From: a virus
IMG/VR virus record: IMGVR_UViG_3300037189_023236
Reading direction: 5' to 3' (one strand)
DNA length: 64,000 nucleotides
Positions 57,622-64,000 of this stretch are shown piece after piece. The notes under the pieces were generated by a model. The model was not told the origin of the DNA and did no database searches. It saw nothing but the letters and a program-made list of their open reading frames with translations. How positions within the stretch are numbered: position 1 is the stretch's first letter; each line of letters begins with the position of its first letter. The position numbers and the translations under genes were made by a program.

Positions 57622-58302
57622 TTACCTTTTGGTGAGTGACTTAGATAGCGTTTGTACTACAGCAGCCGTAGAACCATTAACGAGCTGCAGCGCTTGCAAC
57701 TGCTCAATTAGCATTACCGCTTTTTGGCGCAGCGTATTGTCAATTTCGGCAGACTTGCCGGCCTCGGTGTCATAAATGGCGTTGAACATCAGCGGATCGT
57801 CTGAGAACTGATTCGCCGCGTCAGACACGTTAGCGCGGCGAATAGCGATTTGCAGCACGTCAGGCGCGTTGATAATGCCTTCGCTGTCCAGCACAGAACC
57901 GATGTACCCGCGTATCTCGTCATTGAATGGGCCGTCTTCGTCATCCTCTGGCGGCGCAATCAAAAGCGCCTCTGTTATACCCCAAGCAATTTCTGAGCTG
58001 TCTGCGGGGTCGAACATATCCGGGCGGTATGTGTCTCCGCTCAGGATATTACAGAATGTGATAAAGTCCGGGAGGTTGTTGTAAAACGAGTCTGAGGTCA
58101 GGATATTGATCGCCACCATAAGCTTGTCGATAGCGTGTTGCGGCAAATCAACGCTGAACTCCTCCTCGATTTCCATCACAATTGTGGCCGGATCCCACTG
58201 CAGCGCTTCTACGCCAAACCTATCCAGAAACGCTGTCAATAGAACTATCCCGAACGTGTGCGGGCTTTTCCACATCTCCGTCAGCAGCTTGTCGTTTGGC
58301 AT
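57622..58302 (-). CDS. hypothetical protein
   Basis: Start MPNDK with GGAG RBS. Confidence 0.65.
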   Translation of the reverse strand: MPNDKLLTEMWKSPHTFGIVLLTAFLDRFGVEALQWDPATIVMEIEEEFSVDLPQHAIDKLMVAINILTSDSFYNNLPDFITFCNILSGDTYRPDMFDPADSSEIAWGITEALLIAPPEDDEDGPFNDEIRGYIGSVLDSEGIINAPDVLQIAIRRANVSDAANQFSDDPLMFNAIYDTEAGKSAEIDNTLRQKAVMLIEQLQALQLVNGSTAAVVQTLSKSLTKR

Positions 58303-58705
58303 GCAACCCGCTCCGTTTTTCAAGTTTGTATTTTCCGCGCCTATACAGCTCATTCAGATTATACGAAATCGTTTCCATAGGTACGGCCGGTAGTTGCGAC
58401 ACTGTTTCGCCGGAACTTAGGTCTAAAAACCCAGTATGCCCTGTCCAGGTGCAATGCGCGCCATCGGCAAATGCAACTAGCGCCATATCGGTAACGGCCT
58501 GCATCTGTACGGCCGAAGTCTCATCTAGAATTAATGCGCGCTGTTCCGGCGTTAAAAATACAAGGTTTTCCAGCATAGCCGCGGTTAGTACCCTGACAAG
58601 TAATTCTGGCGTTACCGTGTCGTCCTCCGCAGGCATGTCGAACCCGCCCGATTTGACAATATTGCGCAATTGCAACTTGCTGAACTTTACAGTCTCGGTT
58701 ACCAT
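58220..58705 (-). CDS. hypothetical protein
   Basis: Start shortened to MVTET to avoid overlap with the plus-strand gene. Confidence 0.5.
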   Translation of the reverse strand: MVTETVKFSKLQLRNIVKSGGFDMPAEDDTVTPELLVRVLTAAMLENLVFLTPEQRALILDETSAVQMQAVTDMALVAFADGAHCTWTGHTGFLDLSSGETVSQLPAVPMETISYNLNELYRRGKYKLEKRSGLHAKRQAADGDVEKPAHVRDSSIDSVSG

Positions 58706-58742
58706 ACTCCAAGTAACCGGTTTTTCTTTTTCGGAGGTTTTC

Positions 58743-59018
58743 ATGGTATCCATTCTTGACGACATGACGCGTGTAACTCCGGGTCGCGGGGATTTCGTAG
58801 TTGCTGGTAAGGATATCGAACAACTGATGTCCGCCGCTACCTCAAATTTGGTTCTACAAAAAGCCGCCGAGGCCGGGCTGAACCGACCTGGTGTATCCAA
58901 CGCAAGCGGCCCGTATCCAGTAGACGTAGACGGTAAAACCGACGACGACCTGCTAATGGGCAAACGCGGGCCGGTCGCAGGTTATCGTCGGGATTTTGTC
59001 GTGCTCGCTGGCCTTTGA
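58743..59018 (+). CDS. hypothetical protein (MVSILDD...)
   Basis: GGAGG RBS before ATG 58743; 3' part of track ORF 58182..59018. Confidence 0.65.
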   Translation: MVSILDDMTRVTPGRGDFVVAGKDIEQLMSAATSNLVLQKAAEAGLNRPGVSNASGPYPVDVDGKTDDDLLMGKRGPVAGYRRDFVVLAGL

Positions 59019-59384
59019 TTAGCGCGGCAACGGCACCGGGCGATCGCCGTCGTCATTTCTGTCTACAATAATCATTTGGCCGGGCTGCCCAAACGCAAAC
59101 GACACAACAGCGAAGCACACCGGAGTGCGGCAGTCGATGTCTAGCCGTTTAGCGCAAGCATTCGCAACGCGAAAACTCATTTTTTCTGCCGCCTCGATGG
59201 CCGCTTCTTTGGTTTTGAATAAACCAACTGGGACGTCGTCCATAGTGTGCCGCCAAACAACGAGATAGCCGTCGAGCCCGTTGCTGATTGTAGCCCCAGA
59301 ATAGTCCCACGCTGGCTCGAATGCTTTCGATAAAATGCGTTCTCGCGTTGCGGTTGTCTTTTTCTTCTTTTGCGATGTTGCCAT
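59019..59384 (-). CDS. hypothetical protein
   Basis: 121 aa, GGAG upstream. Confidence 0.6.
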   Translation of the reverse strand: MATSQKKKKTTATRERILSKAFEPAWDYSGATISNGLDGYLVVWRHTMDDVPVGLFKTKEAAIEAAEKMSFRVANACAKRLDIDCRTPVCFAVVSFAFGQPGQMIIVDRNDDGDRPVPLPR

Positions 59385-59493
59385 TTGAAAGTTTGCACTC
59401 CAAAGTTGTTGATGCGCACCAGTTTGGTGCGGGTTTCTGCCGCAAGTTTGACTACGCCGTCAAACCGATAGTGAATACTGCCAATTTTTAGTA

Positions 59494-59973
59494 CTATTGT
59501 TCGCTGTTAAATTTTTTGATGTGCGCCAGCCTTGCCGCATAGAACTGCGCGATCATCGGCGCCACGCCCTCAAAATTTTTCTGGATATCCGGCAGCACGA
59601 CCTCTCGAAACACGCGAATAATCGTAGCCTCTAGCCGGCTTAGCGCTTCTTTCGTGTAGCGGGCGGACGCTGCCTGCATAGCCGCTTCGCGCACTTCTGG
59701 AGACGTGTCAAGCAAAATCTGCAGATACGTCGGGCAGATAAACCGCGCCTCGTGACCAAGTGCGCGCATTGTTTTTAGCGTTTCTTGCGGCGCGCTAAAA
59801 ATTGGCTTTCCAGGATCCGGGTCTTTTTTGTCCAAGCTCTTCGGATCTGGGTGCCGAATATTTTTCAGCAGCCAGCCGTATTCTGCGATATCAGAATTCG
59901 GATCTGACATCGTGTATGCCGCTTTTGGCCGCGTCGGTGCATTCGGGTCGTGGAGTGTGTGTCTCTTTGCCAT
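59494..59973 (-). CDS. hypothetical protein
   Basis: 159 aa. Confidence 0.55.
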   Translation of the reverse strand: MAKRHTLHDPNAPTRPKAAYTMSDPNSDIAEYGWLLKNIRHPDPKSLDKKDPDPGKPIFSAPQETLKTMRALGHEARFICPTYLQILLDTSPEVREAAMQAASARYTKEALSRLEATIIRVFREVVLPDIQKNFEGVAPMIAQFYAARLAHIKKFNSEQ

Positions 59974-60021
59974 GCTCGCTAATAGCTAAGGAAAATCGTG
60001 ATAGGTAAGACATAACGCTGG

Positions 60022-60072
60022 TGTACCAAGACTTTGCAACCTGTAAAAACAATGTTGCAAAGTCTTGGTACA
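60022..60072. repeat. 19-bp perfect inverted repeat
   Basis: TGTACCAAGACTTTGCAAC-N13-GTTGCAAAGTCTTGGTACA. Confidence 0.9.
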
Positions 60073-60089
60073 AACCAGACTTGACTGCA

Positions 60090-60492
60090 TGAACTTCAGA
60101 TGGCGATACCCGCGGAGAAAGTGCTACCACTTTCCTTGACCCTGTGATCCGCTTATTAGGCTACGCATACCATTCGGCGCAACTTGTTAACGCTGATCAG
60201 GCGTTAACTTATTGGGCTAGTGATATGCCGCAGGATTTTCACCTGCACCCCCCGCTCTCCTAAGTCGTGGTTAGTCGAGGATAGACCATTGGCGTCTGTG
60301 TACCCTAGCACTAAGCGTGGCCGGGCGCGTGGTCGCTACTCCACACACAGACTCAAGTGCCTTAGCACCTACCCTCACAGAATTCAACCACCAAGGTTGC
60401 TCCCGACCCCTTGCGGAATCGGCCTCAGTGTGCGTGCACCTAGAGATAGGGTCATCTCACACGCTTCTGCGGATACCGCCATCTGAAGTTCA
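60090..60492 (-). ncRNA. large structured non-coding RNA of unassigned family
   Basis: 16-bp perfect terminal inverted repeat extending to a ~28-bp helix with G-U pairs on the minus strand; internal GNRA, T-loop-like and other hairpins; no credible ORF. Confidence 0.7.
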
Positions 60493-60561
60493 ACTCAAAA
60501 GTCGCTGACGACAATCGATAGGAACAACTAATATGCCAGCATTTTGGCAAAAATTTAGCAG

Positions 60562-60864
60562 TCAGAAAGTGACCTGGCTAATCTGCCCAGTCGCCGACGC
60601 CTGTACGATTGTGATCGACTTTGTGTCGAGTAGTCGTTTGAGTTCTTCTTTTTTTTCTGCGCTCAGTGACACTAGGCAGTTTTTAATGTTGGCCAGCGCG
60701 GTACGTTGCGCATCAGCACGCCGGCGGGCGCACGCGCCGCAGCCTGTTTTCGCTGGAGCTATTGCTGTTTTCTGATTGAACAGGCACGGAATCGCCGCCG
60801 TAAATTTTTCGTCGTTTACCATGGCTGCGATCGTACTGTCTTCAATTACAACTATTTCACGCAT
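60562..60864 (-). CDS. hypothetical protein (CxxC)
   Basis: GCGAC motif; last gene of the structural run. Confidence 0.65.
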   Translation of the reverse strand: MREIVVIEDSTIAAMVNDEKFTAAIPCLFNQKTAIAPAKTGCGACARRRADAQRTALANIKNCLVSLSAEKKEELKRLLDTKSITIVQASATGQISQVTF

Positions 60865-60876
60865 GGGCTTCTCGCA

Positions 60877-61482
60877 TTAGCCTGAGCTAGAAGAACTAGA
60901 GCTTGAACTTGCAATCGCGCTAGAACTCGAGCTGCTGGAGCTGGCGCTAGAACTAGAGCTAGAGCTTGTTGTCGTCGCTCCGAACGTAATTTCGCCAGCC
61001 GGGAAAATACGATCTGTAGCGTCAAGCGTTCGTTTTAGATAGTAGACGTCTTCCGCCACTTCGCGGATAAATATGTGCGCCTCTGTCCGAGAGCGCAGCA
61101 CTATGTCTACATAATTCAGTCTAAACCACGCCGGCTGCGCGCCCACGATTGGTGTTGTTTCTGGAAATTCTTCTAAATCCGACGGCGAGCATACGTGATT
61201 GAACGTCGCGACGCGCGACTCCGCGCCAGGCACGAGCGGCTGCAGTAGATACGCAAATATTGTCGTCGGCATGTTTTCGCCGTCAAGCGCCTCGATTCTT
61301 ACGCGTACGCCGTCAGTTTGATTCAACTGATACGCACTAGCCAGCCACGTTAATTTAATACTGCGCGCTGTGATTCCATCGCTAATCTGCAACGGCATAG
61401 GGACGTTTTTTGCAAAATCGTCGCCTAGAGTATTGTCTAGATTAACAAGATCGTTATCTGCCGGTAGATTATTGCAAGACAT
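60877..61482 (-). CDS. putative virion protein with poly-Ser tail
   Basis: Beta-rich body, C-terminal run of ~30 mostly Ser residues. Confidence 0.6.
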   Translation of the reverse strand: MSCNNLPADNDLVNLDNTLGDDFAKNVPMPLQISDGITARSIKLTWLASAYQLNQTDGVRVRIEALDGENMPTTIFAYLLQPLVPGAESRVATFNHVCSPSDLEEFPETTPIVGAQPAWFRLNYVDIVLRSRTEAHIFIREVAEDVYYLKRTLDATDRIFPAGEITFGATTTSSSSSSSASSSSSSSSAIASSSSSSSSSG

Positions 61483-61508
61483 ATGGCGGGCTCACTGTGT
61501 CGCGACGG

Positions 61509-62030
61509 TTATTGCGCTTCTTTCGCCTTTTTCGCTGACTTGATGGCTTTTTGTATCAGCAATTTTGCAGGCCATTCAAAAAACGGCAGATTGCGGCGCT
61601 CAGCTTCTTCTTTTAACCACCCTATGATTGTAGTCAAATTTGCTTCGCACCACTCTACGCCCATTTCATCCATGTGCCGAGCTTTTGCGTTGCATGAGCA
61701 CGTTGGTGTGGAAGTTATGCCAATTCTGCTTAGATACTTTTTGAGATACGTGCCTGGCCCTGGTGGCGGCGCGGGAGCAGCAAATGGGTCCGGTAGTCCG
61801 GCTGTCGGGTCGTTAACTGCGTCCGCGCTAGTCGTTTGCCCTGTAGCCGCGGCCTGATTGTCGGGATTGTGCGGGCAATTTGCCTTAATGTGCTCAATTG
61901 CAACAAGTAAGCCGCTTTCCGGTACGGCTGCCGGCACTGTGATTGCGTGTCCGCATGTTTGACAACGGCGGCACGTGTACTGCCCAACCAAGTTCTCGGG
62001 GCACGGATCCGGTTCAAATCGGCAAGACAT
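61509..62030 (-). CDS. Cys-rich phage protein
   Basis: CRRCQTC; GPGTYLKK...CSCN...MDEMG..WC...IIGWLKEEA..R.LPF. Confidence 0.65.
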   Translation of the reverse strand: MSCRFEPDPCPENLVGQYTCRRCQTCGHAITVPAAVPESGLLVAIEHIKANCPHNPDNQAAATGQTTSADAVNDPTAGLPDPFAAPAPPPGPGTYLKKYLSRIGITSTPTCSCNAKARHMDEMGVEWCEANLTTIIGWLKEEAERRNLPFFEWPAKLLIQKAIKSAKKAKEAQ

Positions 62031-62106
62031 ATCGCGCTCCTCTTACGAAACTGCCATACCCGCCGAATTGTATCAAATAGCGCGATTTTGCAAAGGGCGA
62101 TTGCGG

Positions 62107-64000
62107 TTATGGACGGCAAGCCCAATACCACGTTTGATTTTGGTATCCGGGCCCGTAGCAGCCCATCGACCCGGCAGTGCATTGACAGCCGGGCGGGCAG
62201 CCGCTGTCAAAAAACGGATTTGTACCGCCAAATTGCCCATAACCGTTTCCGTCGCAGCGGTATGAGCATAGATTTCCGCCTTCGCAGTGCCCGGGCGGTG
62301 TAGGCGTCGGAGTTGGGGTGGGCGCGGCGACACAAACAGCGCGGCAATCGGCAAGCGTGTAGAAATATGTGACGTAATCCGGCAGCGGCGAGGTCAGGTA
62401 GCTACTGCACGCGCCGTTGATGCAGCGGTAATATGTGCAATTTGGCAATCCGGCGTTCGGATAACCGCTCGTACTGCACGCGATCCGGTAGCTGGTTGCC
62501 CCGCTGCAGACAACAGTAGATATATTTGACGAGTACTTGCCGTATTGCTGGCTTGGCGTGCCGTTTACGTATCTAACAGAGCAATACCAGCATGTTGCGG
62601 TCGGTACGGGAGGATACGCAGGATATGAGCCTGTCTGGCAAACTACGTTAACGTCGCATTCGCTGAATGTTGCGTTGTAACCGCGCGTATACTGCGTTTT
62701 AACGCCCGTTTTAGTTGTTTGGCTGCAGTACCAAATTGGAGTTGGCGTTGGCGTAGGCGTCCTAGTTGGCGTGGGTGTAGGTGTGCGCGTTGGTGTTGGG
62801 GTTGGGGTTGGGGTTGGCGGCCTGGGGGTGGGTGTTCTTGTCGGGGTTGGAGTTGGCGTGGGCGTGCGCGTCGGAGTAGGCGTAGGAGTCGGGCATGCTG
62901 ATACGATAACTGTATTTGATAGCGCGCTATTCGCAGTGGCGCTGCACGTTCCGGGTGCCGTTAAAACTACACCGTAATATCTCCACGATCCGGCGGGCGG
63001 AAAATCTGCAATTGTAAATTCTCCGGCGTCATGGTCGGCGTATCCAACAAACGTACCGCCGATCGCCGTTAGTGTTGTACCCGTCACTCTGTATATGGCA
63101 ATTTTTCTTGCAGCTGCGTTGCCGTTTCTATTTAACGTGGTATCGAGCGCGACGAACTGACAACCCGCTACAAACGGTAAAACCTGGGCACTCATTCTTT
63201 GCGCTGGAATTGTGATAGGCCAAACATTACTATACGCAGACGCGCCGCGAATTGCGTCTTGAACGTACATCCTAAAAAACACAGACTTGCCCACGTAAAA
63301 ATCAAGAGCCGTTCCGGATAAATTCGCCGGGCTGGTAGGCGCGCCAGTCCAAACACGCGTCCAACTGACGTTGTTTTCTGATATCTCAAAATGAACAAGA
63401 GACGGCGACGTCGAATTGCCAATAATAAATGATGCGGTTATGCGTAAGCTTTCTTCGCACGACGGCGCCGACATTCCTGTAATAGTCGGCGGAGAAAGCG
63501 TAGGCGTAGGTGTCGGCGTTGGAGTTCGCGTCGGAGTTGGCGTAGGCGTACTAGTCGGAACGGGTGTTGGCGTCCTCGTCGGTGTTGGCGTTGGCGTGCG
63601 CGTAGGTGTCGGGGTCGGCGTGGGCGTTGGCGTAGGTGGAATAGGTGTAGGCGTAGGTGTTCTAGTTGGCGTCGGCGTGGGCGTCGGTGTTGGTGTCCTA
63701 GTTGGTGTAGGTGTAGGTGTTGGTGTTGGTGTGGGCGGTACCGGGGTATTAGTTGGAGTCGGTGTTGGTGTTCTAGTCGGAGTCGGCGTGGGCGTCGGCG
63801 TTGGAGTTCGCGTCGGAGTTGGCGTAGGCGTACTAGTCGGAACGGGTGTTGGCGTATTAGTTGGCGTTGGTGTTGGTGTGAGTGTTGGCGTGGGTGTTGG
63901 CGTATTAGTTGGCGTTGGTGTCGGCGTGGGTGTTAGCGTCGGGGTTGGTGTCGGGGTGCATGAGACGCATGTGAAATTTTCATACGTAAGCCCACCGTTG
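62107..64000 (-). CDS. Pro/Thr-repeat, Cys-rich virion or fibre protein, 5' end beyond the window
   Basis: Frame stays open from 63999 ([19 protein letters not shown]...) into track ORF 62107..63474; PT tracts with synonymous third-position variation separate beta-rich and Cys-rich modules. Confidence 0.75.
   Translation of the reverse strand, partial: NGGLTYENFTCVSCTPTPTPTLTPTPTPTPTNTPTPTPTLTPTPTPTNTPTPVPTSTPTPTPTRTPTPTPTPTPTRTPTPTPTNTPVPPTPTPTPTPTPTRTPTPTPTPTPTRTPTPTPIPPTPTPTPTPTPTRTPTPTPTRTPTPVPTSTPTPTPTRTPTPTPTPTLSPPTITGMSAPSCEESLRITASFIIGNSTSPSLVHFEISENNVSWTRVWTGAPTSPANLSGTALDFYVGKSVFFRMYVQDAIRGASAYSNVWPITIPAQRMSAQVLPFVAGCQFVALDTTLNRNGNAAARKIAIYRVTGTTLTAIGGTFVGYADHDAGEFTIADFPPAGSWRYYGVVLTAPGTCSATANSALSNTVIVSACPTPTPTPTRTPTPTPTPTRTPTPRPPTPTPTPTPTRTPTPTPTRTPTPTPTPIWYCSQTTKTGVKTQYTRGYNATFSECDVNVVCQTGSYPAYPPVPTATCWYCSVRYVNGTPSQQYGKYSSNISTVVCSGATSYRIACSTSGYPNAGLPNCTYYRCINGACSSYLTSPLPDYVTYFYTLADCRAVCVAAPTPTPTPTPPGHCEGGNLCSYRCDGNGYGQFGGTNPFFDSGCPPGCQCTAGSMGCYGPGYQNQTWYWACRP
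63499..63957 (-). repeat. coding Pro-Thr hexamer repeat
   Basis: GGNGTN period-6 pattern on the plus strand, i.e. ACN-CCN codons on the minus strand. Confidence 0.9.

Noticed and set aside
60090-60492. tmRNA, RNase P RNA, group I/II intron or cobalamin riboswitch identity
   Set aside because: No tRNA-like acceptor or CCA end, no GAGGAAAGUCC, no recognisable P7 or domain V, no B12 box; only a generic T-loop-like arm
60220-60508. Short plus-strand ORFs within the ncRNA region
   Set aside because: No RBS, atypical composition, and better explained by RNA structure
47330-60560. Loose AAAAAT(N)T(A/G)GCA motif in several gaps (about 47330, 52680, 59480, 60550)
   Set aside because: Variable spacing and orientation; could be chance in AT-rich gaps without a statistical test
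63499-63957. GGY-rich tandem pattern as a VIPR-type guide array or CRISPR-like repeat
   Set aside because: The period is 6 (GGNGTN), not 5; it sits in an open frame encoding Pro-Thr with synonymous third-position variation
1-64000. Stop-codon reassignment (alternative genetic code)
   Set aside because: Conserved genes are full length in the standard code, TAG, TGA and TAA all end genes at tight junctions, and no suppressor tRNA was seen
1-64000. CRISPR array, TIGR array, integrase/att site, inteins or introns in pol, helicase or terminase
   Set aside because: No repeat-spacer periodicity in the few intergenic gaps by eye, and the core genes are uninterrupted with no intein-like insertions

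Overview
This window looks like a 64-kb segment of a large (jumbo-type) dsDNA bacteriophage genome. It is about 50% GC by eye, densely coded, standard genetic code, and almost entirely on the minus strand. Several small proteins resemble families I associate with Planctomycetota, so a planctomycete host is plausible but inferred. Layout: (1) ~5-21 kb is a tightly coupled replication/recombination operon (SbcD, SbcC, two unusual proteins, SF2 helicase, DnaB-like helicase, primase, UDG-fused family-A DNA polymerase, SSB-like, RecA-like). (2) 21-48 kb is accessory, with tRNA-Gln, a DEDDh exonuclease, ADP-heptose enzymes HldE and HldD, MazG-like, SEC-C, pyrimidine-dimer glycosylase-like and an AAA+/vWA pair. 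(3) 48-60 kb holds a plus-strand terminase large subunit, an RpoA-CTD mimic, tRNA-Thr, CsrA and a large degenerate primase-like protein. (4) 60.5-64 kb is the end of a virion-protein region with Pro/Thr- and Ser-rich proteins. The best novelty candidates are a stand-alone RAMP (Cas7/Vipr-like) protein and an adjacent degenerate IS110/Nop-fold protein inside the core recombination operon, with no CRISPR, TIGR or GGY-NN array visible, and a ~400-nt highly structured non-coding RNA at 60090-60492. All family assignments are by eye from motifs; no database searches were run.
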